The position numbers and the translations under genes were made by a program. Below are positions 10,516 to 19,687 of a stretch of DNA of 64,000 nucleotides, piece by piece. The stretch is from an archaeon (GTDB lineage: Archaea; Iainarchaeota; Iainarchaeia; Iainarchaeales; JAAZKV01), in the NCBI GenBank assembly GCA_041650735.1, contig JBAZKP010000001.1, positions 240,786-304,785 of the forward strand, read 5' to 3'. The notes below the pieces were generated by a model. That model worked only from the letters and a program-made list of their open reading frames with translations. It had not been told where the DNA came from and made no database searches. The stretch's first letter is position 1. Every line of letters starts with the position of its first letter.

Positions 10516-10664
10516 ACAATTAATTTAACACACCAAAATTTTATTTTGGGCACCTCGCGAAAGCAAGGCTTTTAGGTAATTACCAAATCATTTAGTAATT
10601 ACTGCATAAAAACACGCTTTTTTGCAACCTGCTTTTTCTTTTTTTGTAAAGAAAAAGCGGAAAG

Positions 10665-10736
10665 CGAGCCTGTAGGGAATCGAACCCTAGACACCTGGAT
10701 TAAAAGTCCAGTGCTCTACCTCTGAGCTACAGGCCC
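10665..10736 (-). tRNA. tRNA-Lys(TTT)
   Basis: GGGCCTGTAGCTCAGAGGTAGAGCACTGGACTTTTAATCCAG...GGTTCGATTCCCTACAGGCTCG. Confidence 0.96.
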
Positions 10737-10780
10737 ACCTATAGATTTGCTTTGAAAAACTTTATAAAGCTTCTAAATAC

Positions 10781-11407
10781 TCATTTCAGAGCAAGGATTT
10801 CTTTAACACGCCTCTTACCCATGCTAAGCACATAAAGATTATCTAATTTAGTTGTGGGGGATTTTATAAAAAAACGATCAATTGTTCCCTTATAATTCCT
10901 CATCTTTTCAGGCTCAACAATAATTTTTACTACAAACTTACCTAATTTAATTTGTTTCCTAAACCTAAAAAGAAATTCAGAAAAGAGGGCATCAGAAGGA
11001 TGCATCCCCAAAGATTTTTTTAACCCCTGCGAAACACGACTTTCATTAAATGCAGAGTGCCGCCACAACCCCTTATTTGAATAATAAGGCAAGTATTCAT
11101 TTCTAATCCTCTGAATATTTGAAACTAGAAGAACTCCTTTTGAAGGAGAAGAATATTCCAAAACAAAACGAGGAACCTTTTTTGAATCCATTAAAATTAA
11201 GTGAGGTTTTTTTGAAAACCCAGTCATTATACCATTGCTTACATTAAGATGCTTATCATCATAAACCCAGCTTTTTGAACGATGAACAGAAACCCCCTTA
11301 GAAGACAAAAGACTTTTTCTGACAGGAACCGTGCGTGTTTGTTCCCTTGAATGGAACCTTATATCTTTCATGCTAAAAGGAAAATCAACTCTTTTTGATA
11401 AAGGCAT
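10781..11407 (-). CDS. Hypothetical basic protein
   Basis: Long ORF; start taken at MPLSKR (11407) to avoid overlap with trm56. Confidence 0.65.
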   Translation of the reverse strand: MPLSKRVDFPFSMKDIRFHSREQTRTVPVRKSLLSSKGVSVHRSKSWVYDDKHLNVSNGIMTGFSKKPHLILMDSKKVPRFVLEYSSPSKGVLLVSNIQRIRNEYLPYYSNKGLWRHSAFNESRVSQGLKKSLGMHPSDALFSEFLFRFRKQIKLGKFVVKIIVEPEKMRNYKGTIDRFFIKSPTTKLDNLYVLSMGKRRVKEILALK

Positions 11408-11452
11408 AACTAAGTTTATAACACAAACCATATTAAAATGAATTGTGGAAAA

Positions 11453-11989
11453 ATGGCACAACAAGAAATAATTATCATAAGATACGGCCACAGAGATGTA
11501 AGAGATTACAGAGTAACAGGGCACTGTGCACTAGTTTCAAGGGCATTTGGGGCAAAAAAAATAATTATCTGTGGAACAAAGGAAGAAAGTGTTGTTAATA
11601 CAATCCAAGGAGTAAACAAAACCTGGGGAGGAAACTTTAAAGTTGAATTCACGGATTCTTGGAAAGAAACTGTAATTAAATTGAAAAAAGAAAATTACTG
11701 TATTATACATCTAACAATGTACGGTCTTCCGGTACAAGAGGCAGGGGAAATGCTGACAGAAAAAAAGAAAATAGCTATTATTATAGGATCACAAAAAGTA
11801 GAAAGAGAAGTTTATGAAAAAGCAGATTATAATGTTGCTGTGACCACACAGCCACATAGCGAAATAGCTGCATTAGCAGTATTCATGGATAGAATTCAAA
11901 AGGGAAGAGAATTAGAGAAAGATTTCAAGGGAGGAAAATGCCAAATTATTCCTCAAGAACGCGGCAAAAAAGTAATTAATACAAAATAA
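11453..11989 (+). CDS. trm56: tRNA (cytidine(56)-2'-O)-methyltransferase aTrm56
   Basis: RYGHR..RD.RVTGHCALVSRAFGA, HLTMYG, GSQKV, QPHSEIAALAVFMDR. Confidence 0.95.
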   Translation: MAQQEIIIIRYGHRDVRDYRVTGHCALVSRAFGAKKIIICGTKEESVVNTIQGVNKTWGGNFKVEFTDSWKETVIKLKKENYCIIHLTMYGLPVQEAGEMLTEKKKIAIIIGSQKVEREVYEKADYNVAVTTQPHSEIAALAVFMDRIQKGRELEKDFKGGKCQIIPQERGKKVINTK

Positions 11990-12059
11990 AACCAATTTTT
12001 AGTGCTAAAAGAAACCTCCTTTGCTATAGTTTAAAAACACTTAGTAAAGTGAATATTTT

Positions 12060-12593
12060 ATGCCTTCTAAATCAATTGTGGATCTTGCGTTAGTTGGGGA
12101 TTTACTTGATACAATAGGGGGGCAGGATGTAATTAATTTAGTAAAAGTGTGTGAAAAAAAGAAAAAAATGGCTACGGATGAAGAGATATCTAAAAAAATG
12201 AAAAAAAAAGTAACTGAGGTCAGAGCTATGTTAAACAAGCTGCACTTCAGAGGAATAGCATGTTACCAAAAAACAAGAAATCAAAAAACAGGGTGGTATA
12301 ATTACACTTGGGAAATAAAAAAGGATAGAATAGCAGAAATTATAAGTGAAGAACAAAAAGAAAATTTAGAAAAATTAACCCAAAAAATGAATTTAGAAGC
12401 AGATTATAGTTTCTTTGATTGCGAAAAATGTAATCATAGAGAGGTATTTGAAGTTGCAGCAGAATATAATTTTCTATGCCCAACGTGTGGCGGAAGTATG
12501 ACTTCCGCTAATGACCCTAATAGGCAGAAAGAAATAAAAACTAGAATAAAAAAAATTGAAAAAGAGTTAGGAATATTAAACAAAACAAAGTAA
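12060..12593 (+). CDS. tfe: Transcription factor E alpha
   Basis: TDEEIS...EVRAML..L, TGWYNYTW wHTH; Zn ribbon C..C...FLCPTCG. Confidence 0.92.
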   Translation: MPSKSIVDLALVGDLLDTIGGQDVINLVKVCEKKKKMATDEEISKKMKKKVTEVRAMLNKLHFRGIACYQKTRNQKTGWYNYTWEIKKDRIAEIISEEQKENLEKLTQKMNLEADYSFFDCEKCNHREVFEVAAEYNFLCPTCGGSMTSANDPNRQKEIKTRIKKIEKELGILNKTK

Positions 12594-12755
12594 AAACACA
12601 AAAACCAGGACATATTTAAAAGATGATGTTGAAGAGTATTAAAAACTAAAATAGTTTTTATAGCAAGAATAAAAGAAAAATAAGGATTTTAATTAAAAAA
12701 GCTTTGCAAAAAGAGCTTAATTAGTTAAAATTTACTGTATTTTTCTTTATTTTCT

Positions 12756-12830
12756 AGCGGGGTAGGGCAGCCTGGAGTGCCCGTCGGGCTCATAACCCGA
12801 AGGTCGGAGGTTCAAATCCTCTCCCCGCTA
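12756..12830 (+). tRNA. Initiator tRNA-Met(CAT)
   Basis: A1:U72 pair, three G-C pairs in the anticodon stem (GGG-CTCATAA-CCC). Confidence 0.96.
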
Positions 12831-12863
12831 TGAGTAAAAATGAGCGCTTTTTCTAAAACTTAA

Positions 12864-12884
12864 CCCCCTTAGTTCCAGTACTGA
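12864..12884 (-). promoter_or_regulatory. ORB-like motif with G-string (candidate origin recognition box)
   Basis: Minus strand TCAGTACTGGAACTAAGGGGG at the edge of a 400-bp AT-rich intergenic region. Confidence 0.35.
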
Positions 12885-13027
12885 TACAAAGAACAAATAT
12901 TTAAATATTTCGGCAAACAACGAATTATTTAGAAATATTATTACTCTCTCAAATAAACAAAAAATTAATCCTGGCAAAGAAGCTAAAAAATTAACTGTTT
13001 TTGACCTATCACATTAAACAAAAGCTA

Positions 13028-13211
13028 GTAATTACCAACCATAAAAACAATAAACTCTAAAAAAACTAGGCTCACTTGAAATTATTTACATAAAAAAAGT
13101 CAAAAAACCAAGTAAATACATATAATAATTAAAAATAAAGTAATTACTAGTAATTACAAGTAATTAAAATAATGATAACTCATTACAGTAAAGTATTTAA
13201 ATCATTACAGT
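13028..13211. repeat. GTAATTAC palindrome array and TCATTACAGT direct repeats
   Basis: GTAATTAC at 13028, 13140, 13150 (variant 13160); TCATTACAGT at 13180 and 13202. Confidence 0.7.
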
Positions 13212-13232
13212 CATTATATTAATGATGAAATA

Positions 13233-13661
13233 ATGGCAAGCATAATTGACTATATTAAACAAATATTAGGGTTCAAGGCTAAAGAGCAAGGAAAACCTCT
13301 TGCGACAAGCATAGTGAGTGAAACAAAAGTAAAGATAGAAATAAGATCTATATGGGATTTCCTCCAATTCAATGAACACACCCAGGCCTTTCATTTAGCA
13401 AGTGTTATAAGGTTTGATGAATGGGCTGCAATGGATGAAATAAGGAGAAGAATCTTTGAACTCTTCCAAATCGACTATGAAAATGAAAGGAGTTTATACC
13501 CTTATCTTAAAACCATGGTTGATATAGGGTTAATTGAGACTAACAATATAGGGGGAAAACGAAAATGGAGGAAGAAGGATTTACTAATAAAACTTGAAAA
13601 AGAAGAAAAAGAAGCTCAAAAACAAGAAGCTTTGGCAGAAGCTGCCCAAAAACAAGCTTAA
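13233..13661 (+). CDS. Hypothetical winged-helix DNA-binding protein
   Basis: DEIRRRI...SLYPYLKTMVDIGLIET...GGKRKWR helix-helix-wing pattern. Confidence 0.7.
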   Translation: MASIIDYIKQILGFKAKEQGKPLATSIVSETKVKIEIRSIWDFLQFNEHTQAFHLASVIRFDEWAAMDEIRRRIFELFQIDYENERSLYPYLKTMVDIGLIETNNIGGKRKWRKKDLLIKLEKEEKEAQKQEALAEAAQKQA

Positions 13662-13878
13662 AATGCATAAAAAAGATAATTTTTACTTATTTTACTTTAA
13701 ATTAACTTAAAACTAAAGAATAAAATACTCAATTTCTTGGACACATGTTCTGGTAAGTAAAAAAGATTAAATTGGTTATTAGAGGCAGTATAACCTATTT
13801 AATTACAAAAATGAGTTATTAGATAGAGAAAATAAGGGAAAAAAACAAACTTATTAAAAAATTTTAATAAAAAAAAGT

Positions 13879-14520
13879 TTAATTTTGATTTAACCCTGGT
13901 TGCGGTAAAGGGGTTTGAGTTCCATTATGTTCAGTTTTCAATTTCTTATACAACTCATAAAACTCTAAAAGAACAGGAGATTGCTGGTAAACTTGTTTAA
14001 ACCAATCTAAATCAACTATACTTTGTGCTTCCTTAACAAAAGAAGCTTTGTAAGTAGGATTAGCTCCCTTTTCAACAATCCTTTTCATTTCAGAAGAAAA
14101 CTTAACTAACCCTTCCTCTCCTTCAACAAACTTCCTTGATAAAAGATTCTCCAGAGCAAGAATTACCTCTTTTTCCTGAATATCCTTTTCATTAAGGAAA
14201 TAAGTGCATTTCCACTCCCCTTTCTGCTGCCAATTATGAGTTGGATTATGGCCTGTTTTAAAAAACTCTTGTAAAGATTGAAAGGCACTAGGGGGAATAA
14301 TTACACAATTTTTGCCAGGCCTAATATAAGGAAAGGTAGAAAGAATACCATTTCTGTGATAATGATAATTTTTTCCTGATGTTTTATACACAGCTTGAGT
14401 ATAACCATAAATAGCTCTGAAAAGCTTTTGATAGGTATAAGAAGAATGTTTAATAGAATCAGGAATTATGAAACGATATTGAACAAAATAACCTCTAATA
14501 GCCACACCCAACACTTCCAA
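13879..14520 (-). CDS. Hypothetical protein (possible Cas2/VapD-like ferredoxin-fold N-domain)
   Basis: 213-aa ORF; YFVQYRF..KLFRAIYGY...GILSTFPYIRPGKNCVIIP; fold guess is weak. Confidence 0.6.
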   Translation of the reverse strand: MEVLGVAIRGYFVQYRFIIPDSIKHSSYTYQKLFRAIYGYTQAVYKTSGKNYHYHRNGILSTFPYIRPGKNCVIIPPSAFQSLQEFFKTGHNPTHNWQQKGEWKCTYFLNEKDIQEKEVILALENLLSRKFVEGEEGLVKFSSEMKRIVEKGANPTYKASFVKEAQSIVDLDWFKQVYQQSPVLLEFYELYKKLKTEHNGTQTPLPQPGLNQN

Positions 14521-14692
14521 TAATATGTTATTTAAAATTTTAAAAAATATCTTATGTATATATATTATACATATGTGTTTTTAAATTATAAATTTTTTAT
14601 GTTAATTTTAAATAATGTCCAAGAAATAGAGATAAAAATATTTTTTTTAATAAAAAAGGTTATTTAAAAAAATAAGAAAGTAAGGGGAGGCC

Positions 14693-15010
14693 TTACCTTC
14701 TATAATATTTATATCTTAATTGTGAAGATGTAGGTGCAGGTTCGTTTTTAGAATCATCTTCAACAGAAGGAACATCCCTACTCGAAACAATAACAATATC
14801 TTTAACAGATTTTACATTTCTATAAGGAATGCTTTTTTCGCTTAAAATCTTTTTAGCATCTGACTTTGTTTTTACTTTAAGAGGTTCTGTAGTAATTGTT
14901 TCTAATTTTCCTTTTTCAAGATTTATTATTATATCATAAACCTTACCCTTATAACCAGCCTCTATATCGTAAAGATCCATACCAAAAAGTTTTGACAATC
15001 TAATACTCAT
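14693..15010 (-). CDS. PRC-barrel domain protein (CdpB-like)
   Basis: LSKLFGMDLY...GKVYDIIINLEKG...IPYRNVKSVKDIVIV; GGAGG RBS. Confidence 0.88.
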   Translation of the reverse strand: MSIRLSKLFGMDLYDIEAGYKGKVYDIIINLEKGKLETITTEPLKVKTKSDAKKILSEKSIPYRNVKSVKDIVIVSSRDVPSVEDDSKNEPAPTSSQLRYKYYRR

Positions 15011-15263
15011 GTTAAATCCTCCCTTTTAATTATACAGGAAACAGCAAAGAAGTATATAAATCTATTCTTAAAAATAAAAAACTTCAAAACAGTTAGAAAA
15101 GCAAACTTATCAAAAATAATAAAGACTATACATAAACAAAGGGTTTCTCATTTAATTAATTTTATTTTTAAATAAAAAAAACCTTTATCTACATAACCTT
15201 TTTTGGGTTTGAATTCTCTTTTGAAGTAAAATTATTGGAAGTATGGAGTGTGTGCCATAGGAA

Positions 15264-16217
15264 TTAAAGCTTGTCCAAAGGGCTTACGACTTTTTTTAAC
15301 TGATCATTTGCAACGCTTGTATAAATTTGGGTTGTATTCAAGTTACTATGACCAAGTAGGGACTGAATATATCTAATATTTGTTCCTGCTTCAAGCAAAT
15401 GAGTGGCATAGCTGTGTCTTAAGCAGTGAGGAGTAACATGCTTGTTTATTCCTGCGTTCTCAGCAGCTTTTTTTACTATTCTCTGCACAGTATCTGTAGT
15501 AATGGATTTTCCATTTTTCTTTGAAAAAACATACTCTGATTTGATTTTTTTCTTATCAAGATATTTTTTTAAATCATGAATCCAATCTTTTGACAAAATA
15601 ATTATTCTATCCTTGTTTCCTTTCCCTGATTGGATTAAAGCTGTTCTCTCTTTCAAGTTTAGTTCCTCAACTTTTAGTTTTACCACTTCTGATACTCTAC
15701 ACCCTGAACCATACATAAATTGAAGCATTAATCTATTTCTTCCAAATTTAGTATTTTGAAACAAAGCACGTATTTCGTCCTTGCTAAGAACTTTTGGTAA
15801 ACTCTTTGCTTTTTTAGGAATTTTTATTTCTTCAAGAATATGCATTTTCAAGTGTTTCTTAAACATATATTCCATAGCAGCATGAACTAATGCTAGAGTG
15901 GCATTAGCACAACCCTCTTCTTTTTTTTTAGCCAAATAACCAATTATATCTTTCTTTTCAAGTGTCTGCACAGGTTTATTGATTGAGTAGAGAACATCCT
16001 TCCCATATAATAAATACATTTTTAGTGTTTTTGAAGAATACCCCTCAATAATTAGTTCCTGTTTAATTTCCTTTAAGAGATTCTCAAATTCAGGGTTCTC
16101 ATTTATAATTTCTTTTTCAAGGGGGTTGCTCTGCGCTAAGGGAGCAATATTACCGGAAGAAGGAAGGGGGGTAGGCAGGGGATGGGAAACATCAGATTCC
16201 TTGTTTTCTTCAGTCAT
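15264..16217 (-). CDS. xerA: Tyrosine recombinase XerA/XerD-like
   Basis: N-terminal SAM-like domain; GCRVSE, GKGNKDR, HCLRHSYATHLLE, LLGH, TTQIYT; no integron-integrase insertion. Confidence 0.9.
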   Translation of the reverse strand: MTEENKESDVSHPLPTPLPSSGNIAPLAQSNPLEKEIINENPEFENLLKEIKQELIIEGYSSKTLKMYLLYGKDVLYSINKPVQTLEKKDIIGYLAKKKEEGCANATLALVHAAMEYMFKKHLKMHILEEIKIPKKAKSLPKVLSKDEIRALFQNTKFGRNRLMLQFMYGSGCRVSEVVKLKVEELNLKERTALIQSGKGNKDRIIILSKDWIHDLKKYLDKKKIKSEYVFSKKNGKSITTDTVQRIVKKAAENAGINKHVTPHCLRHSYATHLLEAGTNIRYIQSLLGHSNLNTTQIYTSVANDQLKKVVSPLDKL

Positions 16218-16300
16218 AACACACTTTAGTTTCTTAAACTTATATTAATTTCGTTAGGAGGCGGCAAGGTTTTTAAGCGCGACAGGGAATATTTCTGTAT

Positions 16301-16555
16301 ATGATGCGAAAACCACAGAAACCTTTAGAAGGAGCAAAGCTGAAAGACACAGCTGACATGGTTGCTTGGAGAAAAGAGTTTGAAAAAATGAAAACTGAGG
16401 ACCACATAAACAAGCTAGCTTCACTTGGGCTTGATGATGAAGACCTTGAAGAGTTCAAGGAAATGAAGTCCGGTAAGAGAAGCATTGAGCAAGAAATGCT
16501 TGGGGGAGAAGAAGTCCCTAGCGAAGAAGTACCAAAGAAAAAAGCAAAAAAATAA
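16301..16555 (+). CDS. Small hypothetical charged protein
   Basis: ORF after TATA-like TTTTTAAG; typical codon usage. Confidence 0.6.
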   Translation: MMRKPQKPLEGAKLKDTADMVAWRKEFEKMKTEDHINKLASLGLDDEDLEEFKEMKSGKRSIEQEMLGGEEVPSEEVPKKKAKK

Positions 16556-16618
16556 AAATCCAGGCAAAACTAGTTCTAGAGAGACCCCTGACTGCATTAT
16601 TATTAAAAAATATTTTAA

Positions 16619-17461
16619 TTATTTTTTTTGTGCTTTAATTCCTGAAGAATTTTTGTTATATTTACAATTAGAAAAACCAGCTTCTTCCAGACGCTTAATT
16701 AATAAAGGAAAAAACTCTTGTCCTTTTGTTTTCCCGGGATTAGGGCAGTAATGGTAAAGTAAAGCCCCGCGTTTCATAACCCTAAAAAGATCTAAGTAAA
16801 AGCTTTTTGAGTACAGTTCCTCCCCAAAACTAGTTGTAGGAGGATCATGAAGAACTCTATCAAAATAATTGTTTTCAAAAGATTTAATCCCTTCAAGAAT
16901 GCTGTTATTTACCAGTTCTATTTTGGGATTGTTAAATAGCTTTTTAGAATAAGGATTGTATTCAGCAATCCTCAGAACATTAGAATCCTTTTCAAAGGTA
17001 AAAACCTTTTCAGCCTCCTTTGACAATAATATTGAAGTATAACCAAGGCCGCAACAAGTATCTAAAATGAGGCCTTTCACAGGAGCAATTTCCTTAACCA
17101 TGAGCTCTGCACTTGTTTTTGGGCTTATTTGTTTAAATCGGTGCATAGGAACAGAAGATATTGTAAGAGTAGGCCAGTCATGAGTTGGTTTCAATTTATA
17201 ATAAAGATTAGTATCATTTGAGAAAAAATCTATTGATTTAAGAGTATTGTCTTCAGCAACATAAATAGTGTTTTCTTTTAATTTCTCAAGTTCTTTTAAC
17301 AAAATTTTTTGATTGCACAACAAAACAAAAGGAGGGGTTAAAATAACTTTTTCTTGGCTCTTACCCAAATCCAAACTCAGGAAAACCTGAGAATGTCCAA
17401 GATTTTGAGTGTTTATTATCTTTTCTGCTTCATTTTTTGTTAAAATAGCCCTATCCAACAC
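16619..17461 (-). CDS. SAM-dependent methyltransferase (COG2521-like)
   Basis: ILDTCCGLGYTS, NPYSKKL, HDPPT, ELYS..FY. Confidence 0.88.
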   Translation of the reverse strand: MLDRAILTKNEAEKIINTQNLGHSQVFLSLDLGKSQEKVILTPPFVLLCNQKILLKELEKLKENTIYVAEDNTLKSIDFFSNDTNLYYKLKPTHDWPTLTISSVPMHRFKQISPKTSAELMVKEIAPVKGLILDTCCGLGYTSILLSKEAEKVFTFEKDSNVLRIAEYNPYSKKLFNNPKIELVNNSILEGIKSFENNYFDRVLHDPPTTSFGEELYSKSFYLDLFRVMKRGALLYHYCPNPGKTKGQEFFPLLIKRLEEAGFSNCKYNKNSSGIKAQKK

Positions 17462-17570
17462 TAAAACCCAGGTATTTACCTTTAAAAAGGTTTAAATACT
17501 ACTTTTGCCGCAATATATACTGGAACTGCTTTTTTTAGAAGTTTCCAAAAACTTTGGATAGGTGAGCCAA

Positions 17571-17792
17571 GTGAGTCATGTATTGTTAAACGTAGGTGTC
17601 GATGAAGACTTAAGACTGCAGCTATTGGCTGAGGAACAGAAGATGAGATCTAAACAGCCAGAGGCATGGACTAAGACAAAATTCAGAAAATACGCTAATT
17701 TTGGAAGAAACAGGAAAAAAACTGCTGAAGAAATATTAGGCATAGAGCCAAAACAAGAAAGAAATGTTTCTAAAGTAGCTAAAAGAAAATAA
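17571..17792 (+). CDS. Small hypothetical protein
   Basis: AGGTGA RBS before GTG 17571; BRE/TATA upstream; T-run after stop. Confidence 0.6.
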   Translation: MSHVLLNVGVDEDLRLQLLAEEQKMRSKQPEAWTKTKFRKYANFGRNRKKTAEEILGIEPKQERNVSKVAKRK

Positions 17793-17877
17793 CTTTTTCC
17801 TAAACATTTGATTTATTTATGCATGGGCACTTCATATGTGTCCTGCAATAAAAAATCACTTTTTTTATTAAAAAATT

Positions 17878-18168
17878 TTATTTAAGTACTTCAAGGCTTC
17901 CTTTTCGCCCAGCACTTATTTGGAGTTTCCCTTTGTATTCAGAAACCCATCCATTAGTAATTTTTATTTTATCCCCATCATTGACTTTTTTGTATTCATC
18001 ATTCCATAGGGTTAAGGAAACTTCCTCTCCTGTCTCATCTTTAACTGCCGCATTGCACACAGTTCCCTGTCCGCTTGCAGTAGCAAATGCCCGTGGCTCG
18101 CCTTTAGTGACAACCTCGACAGTAAGTTCATCAAAAGGCATTCTTGGTTTCAAATCTTTTATCATCAT
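17878..18168 (-). CDS. ssb: Single-OB-fold ssDNA-binding protein (SSB/RPA)
   Basis: IKDLKP, DETG..SLTLWND, GDKIKITNGWVSEYKGKLQISAGRKG. Confidence 0.9.
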   Translation of the reverse strand: MMIKDLKPRMPFDELTVEVVTKGEPRAFATASGQGTVCNAAVKDETGEEVSLTLWNDEYKKVNDGDKIKITNGWVSEYKGKLQISAGRKGSLEVLK

Positions 18169-18217
18169 TTATATCACTGTAAAAGCAAGACACAAAAACA
18201 TTAAAAAAGGGCTGTAT

Positions 18218-19183
18218 TTATAGCCCAGGAATTTTTCCAATAAGCCCCTTTATCTCACCCATACTTAACGAGTTCTTGTTGCGTTTTGTAAGAAAGATAC
18301 TTGTATTTGTTTTTTTAATCAGTCCATCTTCCTTAGCAAGCATCTTATGTGCATTAGCGAGAGTCTGGCTGTTTTCAGTCCTGAGGATTATTATTATTTC
18401 ATTTGACAAAGTAGTAAAAATATCCTGAATTTCCTTGTTTTTCATTAGTGACTTTATTATTTTTTCTTCTTTTCCAGGCACAGGCTTAATTAGTATAAAT
18501 GCTTTCAAACCCATTTTTATTTCATCATACCCTTTTTGAGTCATATCAGGTATTTCCTTTACAATAACTCCTTCTTTCCAGAGTTTGTTCCACCTGTTTG
18601 AAACAGTGTTCCTGTGAAATTTATATTTCTCGGCGATTTCTGAAAGGCTTATGCAAGGATTAGTGGTTTTTTCATATAAAATAGCACAATCTGTTTTGTT
18701 TAATTTGTAAGGGGGTTTCTTTTTTATTGGAAGGTAATGTCTTTTGTACTCAGTATTAGCAAAAAAAACAACAGTTTCAGTAATTGCCCCTTGAAAAATT
18801 TTTTCCATCATTAGCCCAAATGCGCTTATATTATTTATGCTTGGCCCAAAGACTTTTACCGCAATATCATTTTTCCCTGTGACATCAGCAACAGAAACAA
18901 CCTGGGTGAGGTCAAGCAGCTTTTTAACAAATTTTTCGTACTCAAAACCTTCCCAATTAATACTTAAAAAAACCCATGCAAATTTTCCGATCTTTAGCGC
19001 ATCAAGATTAAGATCATATTTTGTTTTTGAAAAATACCCATCTTTTCGCAATTTTTCCAAAGCATAGCTTACAGTGTTTTTTTTCAAATTCATTCTTTCG
19101 CAAAGAAGACCGTTCTTGCTTTCTAGCCCGCTAATATAAGCCTCTTCAAGAATTTTTTTTCTATGCCCATTAATTCCTTTCAT
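18218..19183 (-). CDS. Tandem (double) Lrp/AsnC family regulator
   Basis: Two HTH+RAM units (KKNTVSYALEKL; SLSEIAEK..HRNTVSNR..KL..EGVI; VTGKNDI). Confidence 0.85.
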   Translation of the reverse strand: MKGINGHRKKILEEAYISGLESKNGLLCERMNLKKNTVSYALEKLRKDGYFSKTKYDLNLDALKIGKFAWVFLSINWEGFEYEKFVKKLLDLTQVVSVADVTGKNDIAVKVFGPSINNISAFGLMMEKIFQGAITETVVFFANTEYKRHYLPIKKKPPYKLNKTDCAILYEKTTNPCISLSEIAEKYKFHRNTVSNRWNKLWKEGVIVKEIPDMTQKGYDEIKMGLKAFILIKPVPGKEEKIIKSLMKNKEIQDIFTTLSNEIIIILRTENSQTLANAHKMLAKEDGLIKKTNTSIFLTKRNKNSLSMGEIKGLIGKIPGL

Positions 19184-19235
19184 AACAAACTTCTGCTTTT
19201 TTAGTTAAAAAGGCTTTCTTTTACATGCACAAAAG

Positions 19236-19317
19236 ATTAACTATTAATAGTTAATAAAAAAAGCAATATTTAAGGATATTTATTTGTTTGCACATTTTTT
19301 TAAAATAAACATGTGCA
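19236..19317. promoter_or_regulatory. Palindromes in divergent promoter
   Basis: Perfect 20-bp ATTAACTATTAATAGTTAAT (19236-19255); TGCACAT-N15-ATGTGCA (19289-19317). Confidence 0.55.
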
Positions 19318-19381
19318 TTGAGAAAAGAGGTTTAATTAATTTCGGGCGTATCAATATTATTAGGTATGGGAGGTGTTGTAA

Positions 19382-19672
19382 GTGGAACAAAATGTAATGA
19401 AAGGAGTTGCGCTGTTCGCGACGCTCATTGGCGTATACCAATGGCTTGGCCAAGAGGCTAGCCTTTACGATATCATGGTAATTTTGTTTGCAACAGCTCT
19501 CATAGTAAGTATTGAGCTGGAACAAAAACATGATATAAAGAAAAATAATGCACCGGGTGATAACCCTACCCAGAAAGGTTTTTTTTGGAGGATAACGCAC
19601 CCCTTAAGTAAAATGATAGTGCGAGGATACTCTCGCCCTAGTTTGCAACCTTTATATTTATTTTCTCACTAA
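19382..19672 (+). CDS. Small membrane protein (2 TM)
   Basis: GGAGGTG RBS; two hydrophobic segments. Confidence 0.6.
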   Translation: MEQNVMKGVALFATLIGVYQWLGQEASLYDIMVILFATALIVSIELEQKHDIKKNNAPGDNPTQKGFFWRITHPLSKMIVRGYSRPSLQPLYLFSH

Positions 19673-19687
19673 AATTCTTTGATTTAT

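Noticed and set aside
13140..13215. CRISPR-like array next to a possible Cas2-like gene
   Set aside because: Units are 8-10 bp without spacers; no cas1 or other cas genes
12756..16217. Integrated element between tRNA-iMet and the tyrosine recombinase
   Set aside because: No duplicated tRNA 3' end found (GTTAAATCCTCCC at 15010 is the PRC gene RBS); no viral or plasmid genes; recombinase looks like XerA
15264..16217. Integron integrase explaining the orphan insertions
   Set aside because: Lacks the IntI-specific insertion, and no attC-like repeats flank the orphans
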